A stretch of 64,000 bases of DNA from Paragordius varius (GCA_964247055.1 OZ176050.1:13454001-13518000); one strand, 5' to 3'. Shown: positions 38,417-63,544, counted from the first letter of the stretch. Notes: generated from the letters alone by a model not told the origin. A program made the numbers and translations.

Positions 38417-41000
38417 ATGGGGCACATGGTTTTGCCGTTGGAGGATCTTACAATGGCTGGAATAGGCCCTTTAACATTAAACGAGGATCTTTTCTTTAAG
38501 GATATGGAAATTTTTTTTGAACATCATCGATCACTATTTTCTAAGGCTCTTTCAAATGACAATTATAATTGTAGCAAAGTATAATGATGCATCTTTACAT
38601 TTTTAGTGTCAAAAAATAATTAACGGTTTTGTTTACTATACGTGCCATCGCAATTTAACCAAAACTTTTGTTCCAACTTATCATGAAGATTGTTTCAATT
38701 GCGATGCTTGTAATGTCCCGTTTGACACCATATTTTATCACACCCCAGATTTCAAAAACGTGTATTGCGGTAAACACTTTTATGAAAAGTTTATGCCAAG
38801 ATGTGGTTATTGTGATAAAGTAGATTGTTTTATAATTTTTATCAGATTATTTATTCGGATAAATATGTCGTGACAGAAGATAATACATATTGGCACGTGG
38901 ATCATTTCTTTTGTCAAAATTGTCATGTTTTGCTTATTGATAAGGGGGATGAATCTTGCGATACAAATTATGTTATTTGGGAAACTCCAAACAGGAATAT
39001 ATATTTATGTTTTGATTGCTCCTACAATATCAATGAATGCATAGACAGTTTTCAGGCCGAAAACGGCGCTACTTTAAGTGATCAATTATTACAAAAATTA
39101 AAAATTACCGGCCATAATAATGAAAACCAAGAATCGAATTCAGTTTTGAGTCTTGGGAATAGTTGCTCAACCGATTTAAATAAATCAACTGGCCTTTATT
39201 ATTGGGATAATGAGGCCATCGACGATTTGGATTGCATTTCTCAAGCCCACACAAGTATACATAATTCAGATCAAGGTAATTTATTTTTTGTTTTTTAATT
39301 CAAAAATTTAAGCAATTTTTGCCTTTTTTATTTGCATACTTTAGGGTTAATTTTTAAAGAGATTTTCTTTAATATACGTAATTAAAAATGGCAAAGATTC
39401 TTAAATACTGTAATTTATTTTTAGGCAAAAATAGTAGCAATTCGGAAATCGATACTCAAACTCAGAATAATTTAATGTTATTCAAAGATGAAAAAGAATC
39501 CTATTATGAATACCCGTAAGAATATAAATTTTAACCATTAAAATTGTTCATTAATAATATCAATTTTTTTTAATTATTGGATTATATTTTTTTGTTTTTT
39601 CGCTTGTATTTTATTAAACATTATATAAGAATATAAAGGGTTGAAAAAGGTAATGAATATAAAACAATATACTTGTTAGAAGCTTTACATAAATCTCTAC
39701 ATCATATACCATTTACAGTTCTTAACAATTCAAATTCACTCCACACTAAAATAAAAAATGTGTTTTTTTAAAAATTAAAATTACCTTTATTTTTTAATAT
39801 TTTTAAACTATATAATTCTGTTAAAAATTAATATAATGCTGAAAAAATAATAAATTATATCGTAAAAATTTATTTCATATTGATGATGTTCTATATTAGC
39901 CCGAAAACATATAATTTATTTTTAGGGTGACTTTGAATTCTTTAAGGGTGAATTTAAATTTTAAATGGTATAATACATTATAATCATAAGAGTGGGGTGC
40001 GTTATTATGTTACTAAAAACAATTTAATCAATTTACTGTGAGGTCTTAAAATTTTTACCGGTTAAAAGCCTTTTATGCGTTTTATATTTTATATACAACG
40101 CTATATAAATCAATTTATAGTTTTAAGAATATATTTTCTTCAAAACAAAATAACAAATGTGATAAAACCCATATTTTACAGATACAGTAGCGAATAATAA
40201 TTGACAAAAATAGTTTAAAATTACATTTTTTTCCTATATTTGAACACTATTTATGTTTGTTTGGTTGTTTAATTATGGACAAACTTACTTATATTATATA
40301 CACTACTGTATATTATAGAATTAATGCGAACGAGCAGTCCGTGCAGGAAATTAATAAGCAGGAATTTGATTTGGAAAGTGAAACAACCACCTCGTCTCAA
40401 ACCAGTTCATCATTTGATATTTTACGGGAGTTTCGTCAATTAAAGCAACATTCTCAAACTGTGCAACAACTTGACTCTTTTAAAACTTCTGCGTCTCCTT
40501 GTAAAAAATTATTAAATGATAATATGTCGACGACATCTTTTTTAGTTACACCATCTCCCTTAAATAGAACAAAAAGTTTCAAAACTTCTTTGTTGAAACG
40601 TTTTTTTACACCAAACTCGAACCATAATAACTATGTTAAAGAAAACGTCGTTAAAAATAACGCTGGCATAAATGACAAAACTGTTTCACCCCACATAAAT
40701 TTGTTACAGTATTATGAAAATGAGGTCTTGTCCGAATCCTTAAACTCTTCGAATAAAGTTAAGCGATTACCTAGTAAAAAACCTAATATCACGCATCATG
40801 TTTCCAAATTAAAGTCCCGAAATCAAGATTTTGAAATGATGTCTTCGAGTTTTACTTATTTAGGTCCACCAAAATCATCAAACAAATCAACTATCGTTGA
40901 GAAAAATAAAACTATTTTTCCAGCTTTGCATAAAATAACGAGCCCACCTAGTACTTTGGACAAGATTTTAGAGGAATATGCGTGTGAGGAGTCAGATTAA
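38417..41000 (+). CDS. Two-LIM-domain protein of the prickle/testin/espinas type with a low-complexity C-terminal tail
   Basis: Exons 38417-38578, 38607-38819, 38846-39275, 39425-39515, 40319-41000 are in phase. LIM1 CSKC..HEDCFNCDAC..YCGKH, then PRCGYCDKII..WHVDHFFCQNC..CFDC. Confidence 0.82.
39709..39968. mobile_element. Subfamily A copy
   Basis: tata|ccatttacagtt ... ttttaaatgg|tata. Confidence 0.85.
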
Positions 41001-41245
41001 AATATGTTTACTGCATTTATCACTTAAAATTTGGCTTTTATATATGCATTTTACATTTTTAGTTAGTAATATATTTTTATATTTATGCAATAAATAGTAC
41101 ATTTCTATTAAATAAAGCACTCAATACTTATGCACGTTAAAAAATTGGCCTGGGTTTTTTTAAAGCATCTTCGTTGAGTCGTCTATTGTAGTGTTTCCAA
41201 AAGATAGAAATGTTATTTTGGAAGTGATCGGTTGGTTCACTTTTA

Positions 41246-41493
41246 CATTAAAAGTTAAAATTATACAGACAAAACGTATAACTTAAAGAGAATATTGTTT
41301 AATAAGCCTTCTCAAAACTTTAAATGGTTTAACACATAAACAACAAGGACAACCATAGGGAATGTAACTAATTTACATTACTCTGAATCCACGATAGATT
41401 GAAAAAATTAAGGTTTAAGTATGGTTATCTTTTGTGAAAGCCAGATTTGTCTTATAATTTTACGTTTTGTTTTTATAAAATTAATGTTTACTG
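41246..41493. mobile_element. MITE family T copy
   Basis: aaaattatacagacaaaacgta ... tacgttttgtttttataaaattaatgtttactg|ta. Confidence 0.7.
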
Positions 41494-42183
41494 TAATTGA
41501 CCGTAGTATCTGAGACCTTTTTGTCTATTTTTTCTATTATGTCGCTTTTGATATTTGTGTTATAAAACTGAAAAAAACGTTGCAATGCTCGTCATTAATG
41601 GGAATCAAAATACCGGTTTTTATGATAACGGGTCGCGTGGCTGTTTTTTACCCCGCAAGTTTAGAGAGCAAAATACATCGTCAACTTTTTAACGGATGTA
41701 CCAAGTCAAATGAACTTACAAATAATCCAGTTAGATAATAAAAATAACCTTTATTAAATTTAGTTTTCTTTCCACAAAATTGCTTTATTTAGGGTTTGAT
41801 AAGTATCGATTAACTCAGTGCATGCCTCTTATCATTAGATGAATGATAATTATAAAATATTGTTTTATTATTTTACTGATAAATTTTGAGCTGTGCTCAA
41901 TTCTTTTTTCAGAGTTTTTAAAAAACCCCTATCACGACAGTTTCTTTCTCGTTATTTTTGGGAACGTAAAATGTTTGTAAATATTATAATATGGTACGGC
42001 CACCAAAAAAATTTATGGCAGATTTTTGGTGAATACGCTTCTTGATTTATTTTTTGTAGTTTTATTTTACATTTGCAAGCATATATAAATATTACTTAAG
42101 ATGTATCAGTAAAAGGGTGTAGCACATCCAAGTCACCAAGACTAAAAAGACGTTCCTTACTGTCCTTTAAACACCAATATATA

Positions 42184-42412
42184 CCATTTTCAGCCCAAAT
42201 AACATTTTTTCAAGCAAACGCAATATTTTTACAAGCAAAGACAAATTTTTCCAAACAAACACAATATTTTTTAAGCAGAGACAACATATTTTCAGGCACA
42301 AACAACATTTTTTCAACCAAAGACAACTAAAAAAATCTTGGCTAGGAAAAATGTTATCTTTGGTTGAAAAGATGTTGCATTTGGTTGAAAAAGTGTTGTT
42401 GACTGAAAAAAA
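42184..42412. mobile_element. TATA|CCATTT element, subfamily C (~21-bp caacattttttcaagcaaaga subrepeats)
   Basis: tata|ccattttcagcc followed by about 6 direct ~21-mers, then about 3 inverted ones; right end degenerate. Confidence 0.6.
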
Positions 42413-44245
42413 TATAATAAACCAAATACAGCCGTTTAGTTGTTTCGTATATGAGTGCTTCCGGGCATATTACGATGTGTTTTAAATATGTGACATGGGA
42501 ATCAGTTTTATCTGAGAAATATTTGGATATTGTATCATAAAAATTTAAGGGGTCAGCTATTATAATTATAAGATCTTTAAAAAATACTACTAAAAGTAAA
42601 TTATAAATTTGTCAATATGTTTATTATTAAGTATCTCCATATAGCAAGGGTTCTCCAACATGCGGTCCAAAATATTTCTGCAGCCGACGAGAAATTATAA
42701 ATACAAAACGTAATCTAAGTGAGATTGATTTTCTTAAACAAATTTTCTGAATAAATTTTTCCGATTTTGGGCAATAATGTTTTAATAAACAGTTTTATAT
42801 TTCAAATCTAATAAAATATACGTTAAAGCCCATATCAAATGCGACTCGTCGTATTTTTAATTTAACATGGGGCCCGCGAAACTTTTATGTTGATCACCCC
42901 TACCTTATATAGCGCATACTCGATTAAATCTATCCATAATTTAATCATTCTGCATAATACAATGTTACATTGGATTTATTCCCTACACCAATTATTTTGT
43001 CATACTTAATGTTGAATATACTAAGGCATATTTTATTTAATGACTGTTGTCAAATCCTTAAAACAATGATAAACAAAAATTACTGATGAGTGCTAACAAG
43101 CACGATAGTCTGCGATTACTATTAACGAAAGGGTTTCATATATCGTTTTTTATTAATAAATATCTTTCAATAATTTTCTATTTAATTTTCGTTTATCATT
43201 ATTTTACAGATTTAACAACTGTTATTACAAAACATAATCAATCCGTTACCATTATAATATTTTAATTGGATAAGTTTGTTTTTATCAGTGAGATCGGAGT
43301 TCCTTACTTTTTTAAAATAAATATATAACTCTATAATAAATCAAATGCCTTTAGTTGCCTGATATTTTTAACTGTTTTCCCTTAAAAATATCAAAGATTA
43401 GATTTTAATAAGAAAGCATCTATTTGTTAAATAATTTTGAAATTCTTAAAAAATTTAATTGACATTTTAACAGTCAACATACCCATATTAATTATCACAA
43501 TATTTAAATATTATTTTAAATTTAAATAAATAATGGTCACTAATTTTATATCAATGAAAACCTTTGTGATTTGAACATAGCCCACAAATCACGAAATTAT
43601 TAATTGTTATTTTGCATAATACATTGTAATTAATTACGGAGAATAGAATGCGGCATCTATTTATAAGTTAGAAGATTATTAGGACTTGATTGAAGTTGGC
43701 CACTTAGATACAGGATAATAGGATATATTAATTGCATTTAGTGACCTTCTGAAACCCAAACTTGTAGACAGTGTTGAATATATTCCAGTTTTAACGCATA
43801 CTCTTCAGTCACACATATAAAACTGTCTGTTTGGAAATTCATATGATGTATATAACAGTTTCAAACCAATCAGAGTTGGTAGAATAACAGAAAATTATAG
43901 CAAAATTTGACTAAATGTTATACCTCATAACAATCCTTGGTCAGGATCCTTTAACTTAATATTTTTTACTGCGGATGTAATCTCCTTATGTGCTAGAAAA
44001 TCATTATAAGTTTAGAGTCAATGGCCTTGGTTAAATTTTAATACGATCCCCAATATTTCACCAACTGTATTTGGTTCAAAAATTCTCTGCATTTCTGCTT
44101 ACAGGTGGTAAGGACAATCAACAAATTTGGGTTCCACAGAAATCTAACTAGTTCGAAAGTCCAACTATTATCAACTCCTCTTACTGTGTAATATATTGTA
44201 ATTGCCCATATAGATAAAAATCTATGTAAAAAACAATGTAGTAGG

Positions 44246-45482
44246 CAGTAGCGTACCGAGCATTTGCGGCAAAAGCCAATAATACAATTTAGTAAAAAAT
44301 ACAAACGTTGTAACCTAATCACCATAGATAAGACATCACAGTCATATAAATTTTAAATTTATATTTATGTCTATATCAGGGCTTCTTAAACTATGGGTCG
44401 CGTAGCAAAATTATGGGGTCGCGAGTGATAAAATTTATCAAAAATTGTTTTTTAACTTGTAAAATCTATATGTTTATAAAAATGGAAAATGCGGCTTTGT
44501 ATGTTTTCGGAAAACCGGTAGACCCATTATATCCAAATGTCGAAATTATATAATCATTAATGAATGCCCCGACAATAGCTTCGTCTTTTTTTGAATTAGG
44601 CCCCCAGTTCGGGTCCATCCCGTGTAAAAAACGGGTTTTGAAAAATCGTGTCTTTGAGACAATTATCCTGAGTGTTGGACCATTTGATTTCACATATACT
44701 TTTTTTACTTATTTCAATTGCGCCAAACATAGTCGGCTCGCTTTTTTATCGGCCCCCTTTTTACCCGCTCCCCCCGTAAAATGCCATTTTTTTCAAAAAA
44801 ATTGTCCGCAAAAATAATTTTTTGAATTATTTTTCGCCCTAGGTATGAGACCGTTTGGCCCAAGTAAACGATATATTAGTATGAATGCACCGTTTTAAAA
44901 TTTTATGAGATCATAGCTATTAAATAATGTTTCGAAATACTTTTTTATAGCGCCCCCCCCCCCCCCCCCGAGATTTTCGCTAGTTATATATAAAAATGTT
45001 TTTGTTGCATATATTGAATTGATCTTATGATAATGGCGAACAATAATGATTTAAAAAATAATTGGAAATCTAGGAGAATTTTACAATACATAAACAGAAT
45101 TATAATGCATTTTATTTAATAAAATATTAATTATATGATTTTATCACTTGGAAAGGAAAAAAGCAACTAAGAGAAAAAATATCTTTAATGTAAAAATTTT
45201 TCTGGCTTGGATATTGCAAAATATCAATTATATTATTAAAATCTATATTTTTCTTTTTCCACTCTCAACAATGTTAAGTCATTCTGTTTTATGGTACTAA
45301 TTAGGTGAATAATATAGAGTATATATTTTAAGGATTAATACTTAATTGCTGAAAAATCTCATTTGAAAGTTCTTATTATTTTTGCATAATTAAAATTTAA
45401 TTTTAAAAAATCATTTAGGCGCCCCTAAATAACGGCGCCCGGGGCATGATGCACCCCCTTGCCCCCCCTCGGTACGCCCCTG
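44246..45482. mobile_element. Non-autonomous hAT element with perfect 8-bp TSD and nested insertions
   Basis: TSD gtagtagg at 44238-44245 and 45483-45490; TIRs CAGTAGCGTACCGAG / CTCGGTACGCCCCTG (13/15 match). Confidence 0.88.
44475..44860. repeat. Dispersed repeat, copy of 4215-4630, nested in a hAT element
   Basis: Near-identical ggaaaacc..gaccc..ccccgacaatagctt..cccgtgtaaaaaacggg..gtatgagaccgt. Confidence 0.9.
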
Positions 45483-46486
45483 GTAGTAGGAATCATGGAT
45501 ATGAGAAATAATACTTATCTATCAGTTCGGCATCCAATAGATATAGAGGAGATTAAGATGTTTGTCGGTATCGTCTTTAAGGCACACTCCTTGTTCATAT
45601 TCAACTACTGCGGCCGACACGATTTAAGGGCATACGAATTAAGAGATAAGTGAGTGTGTACAAAATGGTCGCCAAAAAAAGGGCTGAAAGAAAGATTTCT
45701 GTCTTAAAAGCTATGCACCATATAATACTTATAAATATTTTATAGCTATCTGACTTTGCAGATTACTTTAGATAATTATATAAAAACAGTAAATAAATAA
45801 TTCAGGGCCATAATAGGCCGTAGCGGTCGTGCCAATGTAGCTCAACATCATGCTGTCGCTATAACAAATTTGCCATCCCTTAATACTGGCTCCTTTTTTT
45901 AAAGGTAGATAGTCCTATTGTTAAATGTTTATAAAATAAGGTGCGATGGTTGATAAGCATGTATAGGTAAATCAAGGTAAGTACCTGGATATTTTATATT
46001 AATATGTATTTTATCATAACTAAAATCTATGATTTTAAAGTATCAATATATCAGATAAGTTAATACGACTTTAATTTTTTTACAAAATTATATTTAGCTT
46101 AATAAATTATATCCATGTCTTGTCATAGACATTTAGAGCAGTATATGCCTGTGCGTCATCCAGATATCCAGAAAAAGGTGTCACTGGCTCGCTCCTTACC
46201 GTCACCATCGACACATGACCTATGGCTTTCCTATGCTTTAACACGCCTTAGGGCAGACCTGGAACATCTGCGGCACAGGTTTGGTAGTTTTATATAAACA
46301 CTGAATTCTTATCATTGAGGAGTTCAATGTATTAAAAAAATATGTAATCTTTCCATTACATCTTACAGACGTTCGGTAAGGTCAAGCGACATCTTTGAAT
46401 TGGATAGGCTACACCCTGATAACCCCCTTAATATTTCTTAAAATAATTATTAGATATATTACGCATAAATTCTCTTCTTTTCATGT

Positions 46487-46558
46487 GGTCCCATGGTGTA
46501 ATGGCTAGCACTTTGGACTTTGAATCCAACAATCCGAGTTCGAATCTCGGTGGGACCT
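46487..46558 (+). tRNA. tRNA-Gln, anticodon UUG
   Basis: GGTCCCATGGTGTAATGGCTAGCACTTTGGACTTTGAATCCAACAATCCGAGTTCGAATCTCGGTGGGACCT: canonical cloverleaf, anticodon loop CT-TTG-AA, T-run terminator at 46561. Confidence 0.97.
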
Positions 46559-47387
46559 AATTTTTTATTTTTTTAGATTAAATTTTTACCACATATCTTG
46601 TGAAGATATTCTTAATATATCCTTTATTTAGCAAGCGATTGAAATTATGATTTTTTGCATGAATCACCCAATTTTTTTGACATGGCAAAACGTTTAAAAT
46701 AACAAATGTACAAACTTTTTAAACATTGTTAACATTACAAAATTAAAAATTAATTTAACATAGATCGAAACCGGAATTGATTAGTTTTTTTGGTTCGGGT
46801 TATTAACGGTTTCAAGCGAATTTTTTTGCCAAGGTTTATTTTTACCCAGTTATTTTAATCTATAAATTAGCAATAATTAATATTTTAGAATGCGATTAAA
46901 TAGCTATAAATAATTCAAAGTTATTTTTTATTTTTTTAAGTAATTTTTAATGTAATTATAAAAAAAATGATAAAATGGAAATTATTTTTTTAATACGGTT
47001 TTGGTTAAAAAAGGTATCGATTTTAGGTACTAAACGAAGCTCCTCTAATACATCCAATCTCTGATAATCTATTAGGGCAGTATTGTAAAAACTAAAAGAA
47101 AAATGTTTTTTTTTTCAAAAAAGGCAGCCATACTTTACTGCCTTGATTTTTTCTATATAATTAAGTTACAACAAAATATATAATTAAGTTATGTTACTCT
47201 AATTAACATCCTTATTTCGCACCAATAATATGAGTTTCAAAAACGTATTTGTTTAAAAATATAATAAAGTAGAGCATTTTTGAGCCTTACGAGACTCATC
47301 CTTATGATATGCTTAAAAAGCTAAAACACATTATAATTTTAGGTGTTTTCTCGCAATGATTGCTCCGCATATTAAAATGTTAATATA

Positions 47388-47819
47388 CCATTTGCATTTC
47401 AATAGTGTCCTTGAACAGTTCAAGTTGGTCCTTGAACAGTTCAAGTTGGTCCTTTTTTCAATTGAACAAAATTATTGACTTTTAAATGTTTTTAATGAAA
47501 AATTTCAATTAATAACCCAGAAAACTTATATATTTTTTCATTTCGTGTTAAAATCTTATAAATATCCAAAATTATTGTAAGAAATTAATAAAGATATACG
47601 GTTTCTCAAAGATTAAGAGTTGATATCGATTTAAAATTTATGTTAAATAATTAAAAATAGGTAAAAACAATAAAATAGATGAATTATTAACGATTTAACT
47701 TATAAAAGTTAAAAACAAAATAAAAAAGTCAAAGGACCAACTTGAAGTGTTCAAGGACCAACTTGAATTGTTCAAGGATCAACTTGAAGTGTTCAAGGAC
47801 ACTCTTGAAGTGCAAATGG
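47388..47819. mobile_element. TATA|CCATTT element, subfamily B (21-bp gtccttgaacagttcaagttg subrepeats)
   Basis: tata|ccatttgcatttc ... gtgcaaatgg|tata; second copy at 56992-57528. Confidence 0.87.
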
Positions 47820-48575
47820 TATATACAGATTTTTAGATACTGTTAATCCCATAACTATAGCTGCGCGGATTTTTAGTCTAAAATTGTTCGGCATATTTAT
47901 TTTTAATAAAATACATATTAAATTATATTACTTTTTTTGTAATATCATATTTTAGAGCAATGCCCAAATTTTTTGTCTATCCGCCCTTTCCCGATTTAGA
48001 TTGAGTTTTTTTTAATTATTTCTCCATTTTCTGCCGTTATATCAGACACAGTCTTGAGCTAAAAGCTAACAAAAAAATCTCTGTGTCGAAAGATTTCAAA
48101 ATAAATCAGACAAATTTGAACTTGTAGTGCGGTTAAAAACTGCACAGGTACCGGTTCTAAACATATATGCTGGATCCAATTAAATTTTCCAGGTTTCGTT
48201 TTATGTGTTTAAGTTCCGGGCTAAGATTAATCCTTCTCCCATTGATTTTTTTCAATGAATACATTTAATTGAACAAAAAATAAAAATTGAAACCAATTTT
48301 TAAGTCTATAATATTTTAGTATATACATAGTGTAATTATTGATTTGGATAATATATTAAAAACCGAATTTATTGAATGAATGCAACAAAATACAATATGT
48401 AAATAAATTATGGCTTCATAAAAGTTAATTAATTTAATTTTGGGTGTAATCAGAAAATAAATAGAATTATATATTAAGGGGAAAAACAAAAATTATTAGT
48501 TGTAAGATAATATAAAATTTAGTTTTTGTTGTTTTTTCCATAAATAAACTATTCATGTTTCAATTATCTATCTAT

Positions 48576-60244
<11,669 letters not shown>

Positions 60245-60326
60245 TCTACTCAGTCAGTAAAGCTTTGCCTGGATAAACAACCCAACTGTTGTAAGGTGTG
60301 TTATTATGAACACATGAATACGGGGC
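60245..60326. promoter_or_regulatory. Compact bidirectional promoter / 5' UTR region between the NAK kinase and TDP1
   Basis: 82 bp between divergent ATGs; inferred from geometry only. Confidence 0.55.
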
Positions 60327-63109
60327 ATGGAACAAAAAAGAAAAAAGTCTGAAAAAATGTCTTCAACAGATAAATCCAAAAGATTAAAGAAAAATGGCCC
60401 TTTATTTTATCATTTCAACAAAATTAGTGGTAAAACAACAATAAAAACTGGAGATGACATATCATTGGAAGATATAATGGATTTGGATAAGGATGAATAT
60501 CAAGAATCGGTTCATTTTAATTATTGCATTGATTTGGATTGGTTAATTATGCAATATCCAAAAGAAAATAGGTAAAGTTTCAAATAATATAATAATTTTT
60601 TAGACTTAAACCAATAACCATTGTTCATGGTTTTAAAGGTGGTGATAAGCAAGCTCTTGAATCCTCAGGGAAAAAATACAATTTTCATTTTGTTCAAGCC
60701 AAACTCAATATTCCATTCGGTACACACCATTCAAAAATGATTCTAATAAAATATTCTCATGGTTTACGAATTGTTATAATGACGGGTAGATATTTTTTAA
60801 AGAATTATGTTTTAGTATATTATAAATTTAATGCCTTTTATCTAGCAAACATTATTCAAGACGATTGGGAGCTAAAAACACAAGGAATTTGGTTAAGTCC
60901 GTTATTTCCGCATGTCACCAAAAATACGAATGAAATTGATTTTCAAAATGATATGTGTGAATACCTTAATGCCTACAATTCCACCGAATTAAATAGTGAA
61001 CACTTATTTTTTTTCACCTTAATTTTATACGTTTTCCGGAAAATTGTCTTTTTACGTAATATGTATAGCCTATAACAAATACCATTTTTTTATAAAATGT
61101 GTTTTTTCTCTATGTTTCATAACTAAGTTTTCATCCCAAAATTACGCTAAACATATGCGAATTAATTACCAAATTATTAAGGCAAATATTGTTAATATTT
61201 TATATTGTTCATACAACTAATTTTAAAAAGATTTTATACCTCTTACACCAAAAAATTCTATTCTCAAAATATGAATTCTTAAATATTTTCTATTAATGAC
61301 GTGTTTTAATAGAATGGGCAAAGTCCATAAGTCAATGTGATATGTCCGTGTTAAAGGATCAAAATATCCATCTTATTGCCTCGGTTCCTGGCAGACATTT
61401 AATAGCAAACACATCAAATTCAACATCAACACATTGTTGGGGACTTGCTAAATTAAATTACATTTTAAGTTCGAAAAATCCTGAAAACAAAATGAAACCC
61501 TCGTCAAAAAAAGATGATGATAATAATATAATTATTGCTCAATGTTCTAGCATTGGGTCTTTGGGATCTAGTATCGATTCTTGGGTTATGTCACAATTTA
61601 TGCCAATCGCTTTGGCGAAAACGAAAAACCATAATGAAATGGATGACAAAACTCCTGGCTCATCAAAGTCTAAAGTTGCAAATAGTTTGAATAACTTATT
61701 ATCTCACCAAACTATACCATCTTCCAAATTTCATTTGGTATAATTATTATCATATAGAAAATAATAATTTAGGAGTTTTACAAGTCTGTGTTTGATATCT
61801 GTTATTATTTCTAATTAAATTTACGATTTTCGAATTTTAATTTATTAAAGATTATCTAAATGTTCTAATACTCTTCTTATTCTTTAATTTTTTTGTGAAA
61901 TATTTTTTCGTAAAAGAGGTTTATTTGGTATTTTCACCGATATCTAGTTTATAAAAGAATAAAATATTGGTTTAACATTTCATTTTTATAAATACAACCG
62001 AATTTAAAGCCTATGCGCCTTTTTTTATATAATATAATATAAAATTTGCAAAATGACAAGCAATTTTATTAAGTAAAATTCGTTTGATTTATAATATTTA
62101 ATTGCGAATGTATTTAAATGATGTACAATATAACATAATTTTTAGTTTTAATTTTTTTATTTTAACATTTTTAGATATTCCCATCCGTTGATAATGTACG
62201 TGAAAGCCTTGAAGGCTACATCGCGGGTGGATCTTTACCCTATTCCTATCACACTCATTCGCGACAACTTTACCTCTCGAATTACATGTGTGAATGGAAA
62301 TGTGAAACGTGGAATAGAACACGAGCCTCACCTCACATAAAATCTTATGCCCGAGTTAACATTAAAACGCATCAAGTGGAATGGTTTATATTAACTAGGT
62401 AGGTAGTTTTTAATTTTTAGAGGTTTTTTATTAACTGAGTAAGTTTTTGTGTTTAAAGTTATATATATGGATTTTGTCCTCTATTAACTCGGTTTTATTA
62501 TTGTCGCTGTTTTTACTTAAAATTATTTCGTTTTTTGCATTTTTATGTGTTGTATTTAGGGTTGGGTTTGATCGGTTAGGAATGAATATGTGAACGCTAT
62601 ATCTGTTTTAGAAAAGAATTATTAAAAAAAAATTACCTGATTGTTAAAAATAAACGGTATTAAAATTGAATTTAATGTAAATTTTAATTCATTTGCTCTA
62701 ATATTATTAGTTAATTTCGTATTTTTTCATCATACATTTGCATTTGTTTTAATAAGTGTTGTGTACTTACTAGAACATTTTTTTATAAACGATGAAAACC
62801 AAATTCAATCTTTCGTGCATATAAATAAAATGTTTCAAAATAATGTGTACGTTCAGTGCAAACTTATCAAAAGCTGCGTGGGGAACGTTCGAAAAAAATG
62901 GGACTCAAATAGCAATCCGTTCATATGAACTTGGTATTTTATTTTTACCGCGTAACCCCTTATCTGAATCAAAGGAAACGCTTGGTCCAGCCCAACAAAT
63001 TTTACCCTATGATCTGCCCTTAACTAAATACAAACCGGGTCAAAACCCGTGGTTAGTTGATCTCAATTATGATGAGTGTGATGGATTGGGTCACACATGG
63101 CCCCTTTAA
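60327..63109 (+). CDS. TDP1: Tyrosyl-DNA phosphodiesterase 1, 6 exons
   Basis: Exons 60327-60571, 60604-60785, 60846-60995, 61313-61737, 62175-62398, 62857-63109 are in phase. Both catalytic HxK motifs (GTHHSK, PHIKSY), plus FNYCIDLDWL, KTQGIWLSP, LIASVPGRH, SLEGYIAGGSLPY and SANLSKAAWG..IRSYELGILFLP. Confidence 0.96.
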
Positions 63110-63544
63110 ATACTTATTTCATAGTCTATAATTATTAAAATTTTGTAAATTATAAAGAATTATATATGAATAAATTATTTACTAACTATGAATTATGGTT
63201 ACAATATATCGAAAATATAATTTTTATTGAAACTCTGCACTCTTCGAAGAAAATGCAATTTTTTTAATGTGGATATTTATTATTGACAGTTATAGGATTT
63301 AATTTTTTGAATATATGTTTAGGGTTTGAAGTTGTATGCTACAATGTTTAAAAATATTTTAATCAACTTGAGGCGATGGAAATGTTTCGAATTATATAGA
63401 TTAAGTTTTTTTATATCTAACAGCGTTGTACCGTTTATATCACTCAAATATAAAATACGCTTCAACAAAATGTTGCTAAAAATTAAATTTTTCAAAATAT
63501 GCATTTTTTTAAAATATTTTTTTCATATCGAATTCAATATCTAA

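Larger units (their letters stand above)
43740..46441 (+). pseudogene. Degenerate coding-like region split by the hAT insertion; identity unresolved (weak piggyBac-transposase-like motifs)
   Basis: Removing 44246-45490 gives an open frame IKIYVKNNVVGIMDMRNN..IEEIKMFVGIV..ELRDK, preceded by a 28-nt GT-AG intron candidate (44186-44213). Downstream pieces include KWSPKKG..KERF, FF[K]G and RHLEQYMP, with several stops and frameshifts. Confidence 0.35.

Noticed and set aside
41585-41737. ~50-aa GC-richer ORF (MLVINGNQNTGFYDNGSRGCFY...)
   Set aside because: Short, no family motif, no linked exons found.
43900-44100. Minus-strand EITSAVKNIKLKDPDQG resembling a LINE RT pre-domain, and plus-strand LLTGGKDNQQIW resembling WD40
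   Set aside because: Each is a single short motif amid stops, and they are mutually exclusive; insufficient to call.
44466-44817. Overlapping 75-aa and 85-aa ORFs
   Set aside because: They fall in a non-coding dispersed repeat (copy at 4215-4630) and are open only because of higher GC.
47407-47455. Regular 21-bp direct repeats superficially like a CRISPR array
   Set aside because: No spacers, eukaryotic context, and they are subterminal repeats of a TIR element.
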